DNA from: Candidatus Spongiisociaceae bacterium
Lineage (GTDB): Bacteria; Actinomycetota; Acidimicrobiia; Spongiisociales; Spongiisociaceae
Reading direction: 5' to 3'
DNA length: 64,000 nt
Assembly: GCA_965262915.1 (NCBI GenBank)
Contig: OZ253564.1
Location: 4,640,001 to 4,704,000, forward strand
A program made the position numbers and the translations under genes. The first letter of the stretch is position 1. Each line of letters starts with the position of its first letter. This document shows, one piece after another, positions 16,897 through 26,756 of the stretch. The notes beneath the pieces are model-generated. The model was given only the letters and a program-made list of their open reading frames with translations. It did no database searches and was not told the DNA's origin.

Positions 16897-18450
16897 TTGG
16901 TCACGCCCACCAAGAGAGCCTCTCAGACCCGAGTACCCATATGGCGAAATGTGGTGGTCATCAAATGGGCTACCCAGATCAGCGTGCTGTTCGGCGTCAT
17001 CTGGCTGGGCTACCTCCTGATCACCCAGGCCACCGCCAACCTCCGCTCAACCGGCATACCGTTCTCCTGGGACTTCCTGGGCGAACCTCTAGGCGTCAAG
17101 CTGAGCGAGGGCTTCAACACCGACCCGGAGTCCGGACTCGAAGCCTTGGCGGTGGGAATGGTCAACATGCTCAGGATCACTTGGAGCGGGGTCATCGCCG
17201 CCACCGTAATCGGAACGGTGATCGGGGTGTCCCGGCTGTCCTCCAACTGGATAGTCTCGAGGATCGCCAACTCTTACATCGAGTTCTTCCGAAACATCCC
17301 ACTCCTGGTCCAGATCCTCTTCTGGCAGGCCCTGATCATCAGCATCCTCCCGGATCTCACCGCGGACATGGCGGGGACCGGGTGGTTGTTCGCCAGCCCC
17401 AAAGGCATAGCCATACCCTGGTTCACCCCCCAGGCCGGCCGCTGGCAGTACACCGTGCTGGTCATCGTCGGCATCGTGATGGCGCGCTGGATGTACCGCC
17501 GCCGAACGGCACTCCTTGAACGGGAAGGCCGCGAGACGCACGCGTTCGCATGGTCGCTCGCCACGTTCGGCTTGTTCCTCGTAGGAGGCTGGTTCGTCCA
17601 TCCCGTAGCGGGAGTTCTGGGTTGGGTATTCGAGGCGCTCGCTTGGGTGGCCGGGACCGTGCCGGTGATCGCCTTCCAGCTGGCTCTTGCCGGGCTCGCG
17701 GTGTGGCTGGCCGTCCGCTACATCCTGCAGTACCTGCGGGGACTTCGCTCCCCGGCCGGAACGGCCAAGCTATCCGACGACGACTTCTTCCGTTTGGGAG
17801 TGGCGGTTGTCCTGGGACTCGGCCTGCTGCTGTTCTTCGTGTCCGGGGCCGGGGAGGCCACCCTCGCCCGGATCCTCGGGCGAACCCTCACTTACCAGAT
17901 GAACTGGGGCCTCGAACCACTGTTCGACTTCCTGGCTTCCCGGTTCGATTTCGTAGGCGGCGCACCACTGCGCTTTACCCTCCCCGAGGTGGTGGTTCCC
18001 ACCAGGTTCGCTAGCTACTCACGCGAGGTCGGGAAGGCCTTGACCCCGGGGTTCGTAGCCGTGTGGTTGGGGGTGACCCTTTACGCAGCCGCCTTCATCG
18101 CCGAGATCGTCCGGGCGGGGATCATGGCCGTACCGCGCGGCCAGGGAGAGGCCGCTGCAGCGGTCGGTCTCCGCCGCGGACAGGTGCTGCGCTTGGTCGT
18201 GCTACCGCAGGCCTTCCGGGTCGTCCTTCCCCCGCTCGGTTCCCAGTACCTGAACCTGGCCAAGAACACGTCGCTGGGTATCGCCGTAGCCTACGCCGAC
18301 GTCGTCCAGGTCGGACAGACCATCTTCAACCAGGAAGGGCAGGCACTGGCGGTGTTCATCTTCTGGATGGGCTTCTACTCGATCGTGAGCCTGGTCCTGT
18401 CCGGCGTCGTCAATTACTACAACCGCAAGATGACGCTGGTGGAACGCTGA
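16897..18450 (+). CDS. aapQ: Amino-acid ABC transporter permease (AapQ-like)
   Basis: GVSRLSSNW, YIEFFRNIPLLVQI, AEIVRAGIMAVPRGQGEAA (EAA loop) and YLNLAKNTSL. Confidence 0.88.
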   Translation: MVTPTKRASQTRVPIWRNVVVIKWATQISVLFGVIWLGYLLITQATANLRSTGIPFSWDFLGEPLGVKLSEGFNTDPESGLEALAVGMVNMLRITWSGVIAATVIGTVIGVSRLSSNWIVSRIANSYIEFFRNIPLLVQILFWQALIISILPDLTADMAGTGWLFASPKGIAIPWFTPQAGRWQYTVLVIVGIVMARWMYRRRTALLEREGRETHAFAWSLATFGLFLVGGWFVHPVAGVLGWVFEALAWVAGTVPVIAFQLALAGLAVWLAVRYILQYLRGLRSPAGTAKLSDDDFFRLGVAVVLGLGLLLFFVSGAGEATLARILGRTLTYQMNWGLEPLFDFLASRFDFVGGAPLRFTLPEVVVPTRFASYSREVGKALTPGFVAVWLGVTLYAAAFIAEIVRAGIMAVPRGQGEAAAAVGLRRGQVLRLVVLPQAFRVVLPPLGSQYLNLAKNTSLGIAVAYADVVQVGQTIFNQEGQALAVFIFWMGFYSIVSLVLSGVVNYYNRKMTLVER

Positions 18451-18451
18451 T

Positions 18452-20497
18452 ATGACAGAAGCAACATCCAGTCCCGAAGCCGTTGATATGACCGAGCGAG
18501 CTCCCGATCCTCCGCTTGCCGGACCCTGGCGGTGGATGCGCGAGAACCTGTTCTCCGGCCACACGCGGAAACAGATCGCCTTCAACAGCTTCCTCACCCT
18601 GGTTTTCGCACTGGTCCTGATCAACATGCTGCAGTTCCTCACCACCTTCCTCTTCTCCCCGGACCGTAAGTGGCCGGCCGTCACCCACAACATGAAGCTC
18701 TTGATGGTCCAAGCCTTCCCCCAGGATGATCTGGTCAGGATCTGGGTCTCGCTGGGAATCTTCCTAGTGCTGGTCGTCTGGTCGATGGCTTCCTGGCAGG
18801 TTGGTGGCCGGCTCGAAGTCTCGACCTTCGCCAGAGGCCTGCGAAACGGCGCAGCCTTGGTGGCCGTTGCGGGAATCATGCACCACGGCGCGGGGACGCG
18901 TGCTGTCGGCATCCCCGGCCTGCGGTTCGACCTACCCGCTGAATGGAGCACCGTCCGCATCTGGATATTCGTCGCGGCGATCATGTTGGCCGTCCTCGGC
19001 CACATGGTCGCCCGGAGGTCCCGCAATGCAGACCCGACGCCGACGATCCCCCTTCTCCTGGTCCCGGTGCTGGGCATGGCAGTTGTCGCGATGCTCCTCT
19101 GGACCGTGCGGTTGCCCGTTCCTCTCGGTCAGTTCGACCAGACCACGGCGCCGATCGCCACTACCACCGCCGGACCGTGGACCATCCTGTTCGCCGTCGC
19201 GGTGGTCGCCTACGTCCTAGGTCTGAAACTCGAGAGCCATTGGCCCCGCCCCTTGAGGCGGTTCCTGATCTCGGCGTGGGTGCTTTCGTATCCCGTGATC
19301 ATCTTCGTCATCCAGCGCAACCCGATCCTTGACTGGCCCGACATGCTGGGGTTCGGCGAGACACCCTTCCTGCGCTCGGATCTCGGCACGATGCTGCTGT
19401 TCAGTCTGGTGGTTGGCGCCGCGGTCCGGGTGCTGGCTCTCCCCACCAAACGTTCGAACACGAGCGGGGTCGTGGTTGCTACCGGGGTGGCTGTCGCCGC
19501 CTTGCCCTTCGCGTTCGGAGGAGGCCCGCTCTGGGCCAGCGCGGGGATGGGACTGGCCGGGTTGGCGGTAGTGGCCGGCGGCCTGACGGTACGGGAATCG
19601 GTGGAGATGGTCAGGGCGTCGGGGGCGGGCCTCGCACTGGCCTGCCTGTTCGTCTGGTTCGTTCCGATGCCCTTCCTCTACCGAGTTCTCATCCTCGCGT
19701 TCGCAATCTTCGTAATGATGGCGCCCACCTTCGGAGGAACCGTAGAGGGGCGGACCAAACTGGTTCGAGCCTGGATTGCGACCACAGTACTGATAGTGGT
19801 GGCTTTCCGGCTGGGCGCTGCCGACACCTCGCTCGAGTTCCAGGGCACGACCTTCTTAGGGGGGTTCAACCTGACCATCCTCTTGGCGATCACCGGCATC
19901 TCCCTATCTCTCCCCGTCGGTCTGATCCTGGCCCTGGCCCGTACCTCGACCATGCCTATCTTCCGCCTTCTCGCCACCGGCTACATAGAGTTGGTACGCA
20001 GCGTCCCGATGATCACCTGGCTGTTCTTCGGCTCGGCAATGCTGACCGCCTTCCTGCCTGCCGGCGTCGAGTTCGACGAGATCATCCGGATAGTGGCCGC
20101 CATCTCCATTTTCAACTCGGCCTACGTAGCGGAGAACATCCGGGGCGGGTTGCAGGCCATCGATAGGGGCCAGTACGAGGCAGCCCGAGCGACCGGCCTA
20201 TCCATCGTTCAGTCCACCTCTCTGATCATCCTGCCCCAGGCGGTACGAACGGTGATCCCGGCGCTGGTCGGGTCGGTCATCATCGCCTTCAAGGACACCT
20301 CCCTCGTGGCGATCATCGGGCTGGCTGATGTTTTGCTGATCGCGCGTAGCTTCATACCCCAGCAGAGCGACCCGAACTTCCAAGGCACCCTGCCCCAGAT
20401 GATGTTCTTCATGGCGGTGTTCTATTGGATCTTCACCTTCACGATCTCGCGGTTGGGCTTGCGTTACGAGAGCAGCGTCGGTCTCGGGGAACGCTGA
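18452..20497 (+). CDS. aapM: Amino-acid ABC transporter permease (AapM-like) with long N-terminal membrane extension
   Basis: WMRENLFS, YIELVRSVPMITWLF, AENIRGGLQAIDRGQYEAA and FKDTSLV. Confidence 0.86.
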   Translation: MTEATSSPEAVDMTERAPDPPLAGPWRWMRENLFSGHTRKQIAFNSFLTLVFALVLINMLQFLTTFLFSPDRKWPAVTHNMKLLMVQAFPQDDLVRIWVSLGIFLVLVVWSMASWQVGGRLEVSTFARGLRNGAALVAVAGIMHHGAGTRAVGIPGLRFDLPAEWSTVRIWIFVAAIMLAVLGHMVARRSRNADPTPTIPLLLVPVLGMAVVAMLLWTVRLPVPLGQFDQTTAPIATTTAGPWTILFAVAVVAYVLGLKLESHWPRPLRRFLISAWVLSYPVIIFVIQRNPILDWPDMLGFGETPFLRSDLGTMLLFSLVVGAAVRVLALPTKRSNTSGVVVATGVAVAALPFAFGGGPLWASAGMGLAGLAVVAGGLTVRESVEMVRASGAGLALACLFVWFVPMPFLYRVLILAFAIFVMMAPTFGGTVEGRTKLVRAWIATTVLIVVAFRLGAADTSLEFQGTTFLGGFNLTILLAITGISLSLPVGLILALARTSTMPIFRLLATGYIELVRSVPMITWLFFGSAMLTAFLPAGVEFDEIIRIVAAISIFNSAYVAENIRGGLQAIDRGQYEAARATGLSIVQSTSLIILPQAVRTVIPALVGSVIIAFKDTSLVAIIGLADVLLIARSFIPQQSDPNFQGTLPQMMFFMAVFYWIFTFTISRLGLRYESSVGLGER

Positions 20498-20510
20498 CCA
20501 TGGAAGGTGG

Positions 20511-20610
20511 GTGGTATGCCTGGGAAATGGCGGTGTGGTATGTGCCAGCCGCCGCGCAACTCGGCGAGCCCCGATGGACAGGCCCGCAGCGGTACGTCGA
20601 GGAGTTGTGA
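20511..20610 (+). mobile_element. Degenerate MITE family A fragment
   Basis: GTGGTATGCCTGGGAAATGGCG versus GTGGTCTGTCTGTGAAATGGCG at 3150; also shares the internal GTAC.TCGAGGAG. Confidence 0.65.
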
Positions 20611-20686
20611 CACAGTGAAGATCATCAAGGTAAGCAGGGAATGGCCCATCATTTTGCAGGCCTACCACTAAGTCGAGGAGTTCGAG

Positions 20687-21448
20687 ATGACCGGGAACCG
20701 AAGTGATAACGGATCACCAGCCATCATCTGTGAAGATGTCAAGAAGTGGTACGGTGATTTCCAAGCGCTAAGCGGAGTAACCACCACAATCGCCAGGGGC
20801 GAAGTAGTGGTGATACTCGGTCCTTCGGGCTCGGGCAAGTCCACTTTCATCCGCTGTATCAACCGCCTCGAGCACCACCAGCAGGGCCGGATCGTGGTGG
20901 GCGGTATCGAGCTGACCAACGACCTCCGTAATATAGACACGATCCGCCGGGAGATCGGGATGGTCTTCCAGCAGTTCAACCTCTTTCCGCACCTCACCGT
21001 GATCGACAACATCACCCTGGCGCCGATCTGGGTTCGCAACCGGACCCGAACCGATGCGGAAGCCGACGCAATGAAACTCCTCGATCGGGTAGAGATTCCC
21101 GAGCAGGCGCACAAGTACCCGGGCCAGCTATCAGGTGGACAGCAGCAGCGGGTCGCCATCGCCCGGGCGCTGGCCATGAATCCCAGGATCATGCTCTTCG
21201 ACGAGCCCACTTCAGCCCTCGACGCCGAGATGATCAAGGAGGTTCTCGACGTGATGAAGGAGTTAGCCGCCTCGGGGATGACCATGATCGTGGTTACGCA
21301 CGAGATCGGGTTCGCTCGCGAGGTGGCCGACCGCATCCTGTTCTTCGACGCCGGAACCATCGTTGAGGAAGGAACCCCCAAACAGTTCTTCATCACCCCA
21401 CGTCACGATCGGACCAAGCTCTTCCTGAACCAGATTCTGATGACGTAA
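20687..21448 (+). CDS. aapP: Amino-acid ABC transporter ATP-binding protein (AapP/GlnQ-like)
   Basis: [36 protein letters not shown] and FDEPTSALD. Confidence 0.95.
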   Translation: MTGNRSDNGSPAIICEDVKKWYGDFQALSGVTTTIARGEVVVILGPSGSGKSTFIRCINRLEHHQQGRIVVGGIELTNDLRNIDTIRREIGMVFQQFNLFPHLTVIDNITLAPIWVRNRTRTDAEADAMKLLDRVEIPEQAHKYPGQLSGGQQQRVAIARALAMNPRIMLFDEPTSALDAEMIKEVLDVMKELAASGMTMIVVTHEIGFAREVADRILFFDAGTIVEEGTPKQFFITPRHDRTKLFLNQILMT

Positions 21449-21508
21449 AACGAATGCTTGTCGTGGGCTACGACAAGGTGCTACTGGTGCACCGACCACG
21501 GACCACGA

Positions 21509-21539
21509 AATGGGGCCGGGCTATTAGCCCGGCCCCATT
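21509..21539. terminator. Bidirectional terminator hairpin between convergent aapP and the SPFH gene
   Basis: AATGGGGCCGGGCTA-T-TAGCCCGGCCCCATT. Confidence 0.75.
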
Positions 21540-21562
21540 CCCTTGCTGATTCGGAGGAGGGA

Positions 21563-22504
21563 TCAGCCGGCCTTGCTGTCGCCGCTAACGGATCCGGCGC
21601 CTTCGCTGAACATCTCTCCGATCGATGCCACCGCGCCAAGTACCCCCGAAGTGTCCAGGGGTAGGAAGATCTTAGTGGCCTGACCGTTGGCGATGCCCTG
21701 CAAGGCTTCCAGATATCGGATGGCGATGAGATCCTCGGTCGGGTTTCCGTTGTGGATCGCCAGGAACACCCGCTCGATCGCCTGTCCTTCACCCTCGGCC
21801 ACGGTCAGCTTCTGGTACTTGTCGGCTTCCGCCACGCGCATGATGGCCTCCGCCTCACCTTCGGCCCGGAGGATGTTGGATTGCTTTACGCCCTCGGCCT
21901 TGAGGATGGCGGACCTCTTGTCGCCCTCGGCTTCGGTCACCACGGCCCGGCGGAACCGCTCCGCCTTCATCTGGCGGTGCATGGCCTCGGTGACATCCGG
22001 CGGCGGCTCGATACGCTGGATCTCGACCCGTACCAACCGCGTCCCCCACTTGTCGGTCGCATCGTCAAGGATCTGGCGCAGCTTGCTGTTGATGAGATCA
22101 CGGGACACCAAGGCCTCGTCGAGTTGAAGGTCGCCCACTACGTTCCTGAGGTTGGTCTGGGCCAGCTTCGTAACAGCAAGGATGAAGTTTCCAACCGCGT
22201 ACATCAGCTTTACAGGATCGGTCGCCTCGTAGAAGATCACGGCGTCAACCGTCACCACCACATTGTCCTTGGTGATGACTTCCTGCGGCGGAACGTCCAC
22301 CACCCGCTCTCGCATGTCCACCTTCAGCATCTTCTGCACGAAGGGTATGATGAACCGCAGGCCCGGTGACACGGTCGTGCGGTACTTGCCCAGGAACTCG
22401 ACCAGTCCCTTCTCGTACGGCCGGACAATCCGGAACCCGGTGGCCGCTATCAGCAGCAGTCCCAGGGCTAAGACAGCGAGTAAAATTACAGGTGCAGCTC
22501 CCAT
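21563..22504 (-). CDS. qmcA: SPFH/Band-7 family protein (QmcA-like)
   Basis: [35 protein letters not shown] and QMKAER motifs. Confidence 0.92.
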   Translation of the reverse strand: MGAAPVILLAVLALGLLLIAATGFRIVRPYEKGLVEFLGKYRTTVSPGLRFIIPFVQKMLKVDMRERVVDVPPQEVITKDNVVVTVDAVIFYEATDPVKLMYAVGNFILAVTKLAQTNLRNVVGDLQLDEALVSRDLINSKLRQILDDATDKWGTRLVRVEIQRIEPPPDVTEAMHRQMKAERFRRAVVTEAEGDKRSAILKAEGVKQSNILRAEGEAEAIMRVAEADKYQKLTVAEGEGQAIERVFLAIHNGNPTEDLIAIRYLEALQGIANGQATKIFLPLDTSGVLGAVASIGEMFSEGAGSVSGDSKAG

Positions 22505-22532
22505 TAGTTTCTTTCCTTCCTTCGATTGACCA

Positions 22533-22970
22533 TTATTCGACTTCTGCGACCACCAGCCGGGTGCCGCGTAGCTCGATCACCTCGACGGTCACGCTCTCCG
22601 GAATTGGATCCCCGTCGGTGATAGCGCGCCATTCCTCGGCCTCGACCCTGACCCGTCCGGTATTTGCGCTCATATCCACCTTCTCGAGGACGACGGCGTG
22701 CATACCCACATAGCGGGACGGTCCGATCAGCAGGCCGTCCTCCTGATCCTGTGCCCGCATGAACCGCAGCACGAACAACATCGAGATCCCCGTGCCTCCG
22801 AAGAAGAGGACCCACTGGACGGCGCCGTGCAACCCGAGCCACGCCGCGATCGCCGCCAGAGCGGCGCCTATCCCGAACGGGAGCAGGAAGAAGCCGGCGG
22901 TGACTATCTCGCCGAGCCCCATCACCAGCGCAACGGCGATCCAAATCCACCTCCAGAGATCGTTGTCCAT
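22533..22970 (-). CDS. NfeD-family membrane protein
   Basis: [17 protein letters not shown] and [12 protein letters not shown]...[15 protein letters not shown]-fold; AGAAAGGAG Shine-Dalgarno before MDNDLW; adjacent to an SPFH gene. Confidence 0.88.
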   Translation of the reverse strand: MDNDLWRWIWIAVALVMGLGEIVTAGFFLLPFGIGAALAAIAAWLGLHGAVQWVLFFGGTGISMLFVLRFMRAQDQEDGLLIGPSRYVGMHAVVLEKVDMSANTGRVRVEAEEWRAITDGDPIPESVTVEVIELRGTRLVVAEVE

Positions 22971-23322
22971 GATCGGCTCCTTTCTCCATGTAAGAATGAT
23001 CGCCGCTATCAAGGCGATTCCCATTGCCCCCGAGACCCATACCAGGATTCGGGATGACGACCTCCAGGTCGAATCTCCGTTCTTCCGCCCACCAACTCAG
23101 CGTCTCGCGGTGGAATCGCGGGCTGAACTCGGCCACCCAAGCGGCGGCGAAGCCAGGAAGATCCTCACCGATCACGGCCTCGGGGTCGCGACCGCGGGCC
23201 GACACCTTCGCGAGATGGCACTCCAACTCCTTGCCCATGTTCTCGACGTCTCTTCGGGAGAGCCCGGTCTCGGGCCGGTACCTGCGGCACTTATCGACGA
23301 GTTCCTTGCCCGTGTCCGTCAT
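22971..23322 (-). pseudogene. PadR-associated (DUF1048/HAAS-like) N-terminal domain, frameshifted relative to nfeD
   Basis: ENMGKELECHLAKV...DPEAVIGEDLPGFAAAW resembles PadR-partner domains. Near 23040-23100 the sensible reading (a transmembrane helix, ILVWVSGAMGIALIAAIIL) continues in the nfeD frame. Confidence 0.55.
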
Positions 23323-23665
23323 TCCCCCCCTCCTTCCGACCTTTCTCTCCTTGCAACACCATCTCGACGCCCGCGGACAGGCGGACCCAGTCTTCCCGCC
23401 ATCGAGCCAGACGTTCCTGGCCCTCCTGGCGGATCCGGTAGTACTTGCGCACCGGGCCGGCCGAAGATCCTTCGTAGTATCCCTCGACCAGGTCCTTATG
23501 CTGCATACGGCTCAGCAGCGGGTAGATGCTCCCCTCACTCATCAGATCGAGACCCCGGGCCTCGAGTTTGCTCACCATCTCGTAGCCGTAGCTCGGCTGC
23601 TCGGCTATGAGCGCCAGCAGGCACATGTCCAGCACCCCCTTCAGGAGCTGAGATCGATGTTCCAT
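23291..23665 (-). CDS. PadR-family transcriptional regulator
   Basis: QLLKGVLDMCLLALI, YGYEM, EGSIYPLLSR and GPVRKYYRI. Confidence 0.93.
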   Translation of the reverse strand: MEHRSQLLKGVLDMCLLALIAEQPSYGYEMVSKLEARGLDLMSEGSIYPLLSRMQHKDLVEGYYEGSSAGPVRKYYRIRQEGQERLARWREDWVRLSAGVEMVLQGEKGRKEGGNDGHGQGTRR

Positions 23666-23702
23666 GTAGGGCCCTAGGTTCGACTTAGTTCTCCTGAGGG
23701 AA

Positions 23703-23787
23703 TCTTGGTTACCAAGGTTCCTTGGATACCAATAATCCTTGGTTAGTAGGATTCCTTGATTACCAGGCTACCTTGTAACACAAAATA
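23703..23787. promoter_or_regulatory. Five tandem 17-bp operator-like repeats upstream of padR
   Basis: TCTTGGTTACCAAGGTT CCTTGGATACCAATAAT CCTTGGTTAGTAGGATT CCTTGATTACCAGGCTA CCTTGTAACACAAAATA. Confidence 0.7.
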
Positions 23788-23865
23788 GCCCAACCTCAGC
23801 AAGAGCGCACTCCACAACCGATGCCGTCCGGCAGGGCGTTTTGACCGGCCAATCCGCGGCGTAAA

Positions 23866-24060
23866 ATGGGCTTCGTGTACGGACCTCTCAACGGCGTCAG
23901 GGTGGCACTGGTAACTCTGGCGGTGCTCGCCGCCCTGATGGGCGCCGTGCTGGGCTACTGGATAGTCACGCTCGTGCTGGCGGTTGGCGTTGCTCTCCAC
24001 GGATTCGGCTGGCTCTACCTTGCCCAACAAGCCAAGACCGGACCCGACAAGGGCCAGTGA
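23866..24060 (+). CDS. Small two-helix membrane protein, hypothetical
   Basis: 64-aa ORF with two hydrophobic segments and host-like codon usage, filling an intergenic gap. Confidence 0.6.
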   Translation: MGFVYGPLNGVRVALVTLAVLAALMGAVLGYWIVTLVLAVGVALHGFGWLYLAQQAKTGPDKGQ

Positions 24061-24115
24061 CGCCTCCCAGTGACAAGTGACTCCTCCAAGTGACCAGTGA
24101 CCAGTGACCAGTGAC
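24055..24115 (+). repeat. Heptamer repeat (C/A)AGTGAC x7 with two short interruptions
   Basis: Read directly from the sequence between convergent genes. Confidence 0.85.
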
Positions 24116-24154
24116 GGTCTCCTAAACGTACCGCGGCCGGTGCCGGCTACCCGC

Positions 24155-25054
24155 TCAGTAGTGCCATGGGAAGGGGGTGAAGTCCTTCGGGCGTTTCTCG
24201 ACGAAGGCGTCCCGGCCCTCTCTCGCCTCTTCGGTCATGTAGCCGAGTCGGGTGGCCTCCCCGGCGAAGATCTGCTGGCCCACCAGCCCGTCGTCGACCA
24301 GGTTGAAGGCGAACTTGAGCATCCGCTGGGACATGGGGCTCTTGGCGTTGATCGCCCGAGCCCACTCCAGCGCGGTCTTCTCCAACTCGTCATGGGGCAC
24401 CACCTTGTTCACCATCCCCATCCGGAAGGCATCCTCAGCCGAGTAGTCGGCGCCCAGGAAGAAGATCTCCCGGGCCCGCTTCTGGCCGACCATACGGGTG
24501 AGGTAGGCCGAACCGAACCCGGCGTCGAACGACGCCACATCGGCGTCGGTCTGCTTGAAGACGGCATGCTCCTCCGAAGCCAGAGTGAGATCGCAAACCA
24601 CATGGAGGCTGTGGCCTCCACCGACCGCCCAGCCCGGTACCACCGCGACGACCACCTTGGGCATGAACCGGATCAGGCGTTGGACCTCGAGGATGTGCAG
24701 CCGGCCCAGCCGGGCCGGGTCGATGTCCTCGGCGCCTTCGCCGTCGGCGTACATGTAGCCGGCCTTGCCCCGGATCCGCTGGTCCCCACCCGAGGAGAAC
24801 GCCCAGCCACCATCCTTGGGAGACGGGCCGTTGCCGGTCAGCAACACGGTCCCCACATCGCTCCACTGGCGGGCATGATCGAGAGCGATGTACAACTCGT
24901 CCACCGTCCTGGGCCGGAAGGCGTTACGCACCTCGGGTCGATCGAAAGCCACCCGGACCGTGCCTTGTTCTACCGCCCGGTGGTAGGTGATGTCGGTGAA
25001 GTCGAATCCCCCGACCTCGCGCCAGGCGGCCGGGTCGAACAGCTCTGAAACCAT
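24155..25054 (-). CDS. menB: 1,4-dihydroxy-2-naphthoyl-CoA synthase
   Basis: RPEVRNAFRP, FSSGGDQRIRG, RLHILEVQRLIR, GGGHSLHVVCDLT and SFDAG motifs. Confidence 0.97.
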   Translation of the reverse strand: MVSELFDPAAWREVGGFDFTDITYHRAVEQGTVRVAFDRPEVRNAFRPRTVDELYIALDHARQWSDVGTVLLTGNGPSPKDGGWAFSSGGDQRIRGKAGYMYADGEGAEDIDPARLGRLHILEVQRLIRFMPKVVVAVVPGWAVGGGHSLHVVCDLTLASEEHAVFKQTDADVASFDAGFGSAYLTRMVGQKRAREIFFLGADYSAEDAFRMGMVNKVVPHDELEKTALEWARAINAKSPMSQRMLKFAFNLVDDGLVGQQIFAGEATRLGYMTEEAREGRDAFVEKRPKDFTPFPWHY

Positions 25055-25152
25055 CCGGACGGGTTCCTCTCGGTAGGGACGCCTACTGTAACCTTCGGGC
25101 GCGTCTGCACCGGGAAACCGCCCGGGCTCGCAGTGGCTCGGTGAAAGACCGC

Positions 25153-26070
25153 CTACGAGCGGGGTGTCGCTCCCGGCACGCACACCCCACAGGCGACCGT
25201 AGGACCGTGAACACGTGAGGCGGCCAACTCGTCGGCTCGGTTCTGATACTGTGGCGTGTCTAAGCGGGGCGTGCGATGGTCGATGGGGCGGCGTGCCTCC
25301 CGCTTCCACTCCGCATCCCACGAGTAGCCCAGATCCACGATGGCGCCCGGCGCATCGAGGCTATCGAACAGTGCCAGAGCATCTCGGATGATCGCCCGCT
25401 GCACCTCCGGCCTGCCGGGTGGTCCGCACGTATGCCCGAGCGGGAAGTCGGTGAAAGCCGCCCTTGGCGGGTTGGTCGAGGCGGTTATCGACCGGGCACT
25501 GGTCATCGACAGGGTGGGGACCCCTTTCTCCTCGATCGCTCTGCTGATCAGTCCAACTGACTGGTGGCAGACCGGTCAGACCGGCACCAGGAGGACCGCG
25601 TCGACCCCCATGTCCAGGATCCGCTCCACGAGGACCGGTATCAGTTCGGCAGCCAGGCGTCGCTGGGAGTAGATCCCTCCCATGAACGTGAACGCCAGCG
25701 GGGCAAGCTCGCCGACCGCGCCCTCTGCCACCAGAGCCCTCAACGTATCGATCGGGAATACCACGTTGGGATCCCACCGGGCATCCGCCAAGTCGTAGGC
25801 GAAGTGCGTCACCCGCAACTCCCGGGTGTCGACATCGGTGGGGATCTCCCGATGGGTGACGTCGTCGCGGTGAGTGAAAGCCACCTGCCCGTGGCGGTAG
25901 ACCCCGGCGGACGCGATCAGCCCGAGGCGGACTTCGGACAGTGGCTTGCGAAGCGGCGCCCATGAGGAAGGGTCCTCGTTGTGTGCCCACCGATAGGACT
26001 GGTAGCCAAGCAGGCCATAGGCCTCCCTGGTGAGCGCGATGTAATCGACAGGCCGGGGATCGGATTCCAC
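25153..26070 (-). CDS. Selenoprotein of the glycine/betaine/proline reductase B (GrdB/PrdB-like) family; Sec at TGA 25576-25578
   Basis: ORFs 25576-26259 and 25153-25506 are in the same frame; readthrough gives DAVLLVPV-U-PVCHQSVGLISRAIEEKGVPT. Family motifs KPLSEVRLGLIASAG, DPNVVFPID and PPRA...FPLGH. Start uncertain (GTG 26070 or 26076). Confidence 0.85.
25540..25571 (-). promoter_or_regulatory. Candidate bacterial SECIS hairpin just 3' of the UGA
   Basis: Minus strand TGA-CCGG-TCTGC-CAC-CAGTC-AGTTG-GACTG-ATCA-GCAGA: two stacked stems with a G-containing apical loop. Confidence 0.55.
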
Positions 26071-26111
26071 GATCACAGTGTAGGAAGGAAAGATGATGGC
26101 AACATCGGGTG

Positions 26112-26555
26112 CTAGCCGCCCGGCTGCGACCAGTCGGGATCCAGCTGGAGCAGGAATTCGGCGCACCTTGCTTCCTCGTCGTACTCGCCGATCCGGCCCG
26201 CCATCCTCCGGAGTCCGTCCAGGCATCGCAGGAACCCGCGGTTGGGTTCGTCCGACCACCGAACCAACTGCGCGCCCCGCCAGCCGCTCTTCCTGAGCGC
26301 GTCCAACCCCCGGTGGTAACCGATCCGATAGCAGGCATAGGCATTGACGGTGGCCAGTGTCGACTTAGAACCCGGCTCCTGTATGGCCCCCATTCGCGCC
26401 CACGCCTCAATGGAATCGGGGTGTTCAGCCACGATCACGGCAACTTCCTTGAGGCTCCTTGCAGCCTCGATACGCGCAACCAACCAGGGATCCGGCACCG
26501 GTAGGACCACCCTGGGCCTCCCTCCGACAGTCAGATGCACCTGCTCGTTCGCCAT
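26112..26555 (-). CDS. DUF3151-family protein
   Basis: AYACYRIGYHRGLDALRKSGWRG...WSDEPNRGFLRCL motif. Confidence 0.85.
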   Translation of the reverse strand: MANEQVHLTVGGRPRVVLPVPDPWLVARIEAARSLKEVAVIVAEHPDSIEAWARMGAIQEPGSKSTLATVNAYACYRIGYHRGLDALRKSGWRGAQLVRWSDEPNRGFLRCLDGLRRMAGRIGEYDEEARCAEFLLQLDPDWSQPGG

Positions 26556-26727
26556 TCGTCTCAGCGTAGTGCGCAAACTCCTGCCGGCTCGCCGCCACCC
26601 TTGTACGACGTCTCCGATCAGGGCAGGTACGGGCCCGGGAAGTGCTCAACCACCGACCCGGATTGACCGACCACCAACTCAGATGTATCCTCCCGCTCAA
26701 TCAAACTGTCCTCCACGGAGTGACTTC

Positions 26728-26756
26728 ATACCGGGGACCTCTCAGGTCCCCGGTAT
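26728..26756 (+). terminator. Intergenic hairpin followed by a T-run
   Basis: ATACCGGGGACCT-CTC-AGGTCCCCGGTAT then CCTTTTGG. Confidence 0.55.

Noticed and set aside
23703-23787. CRISPR-like repeats
   Set aside because: The units are contiguous 17-mers without spacers; better explained as operators.
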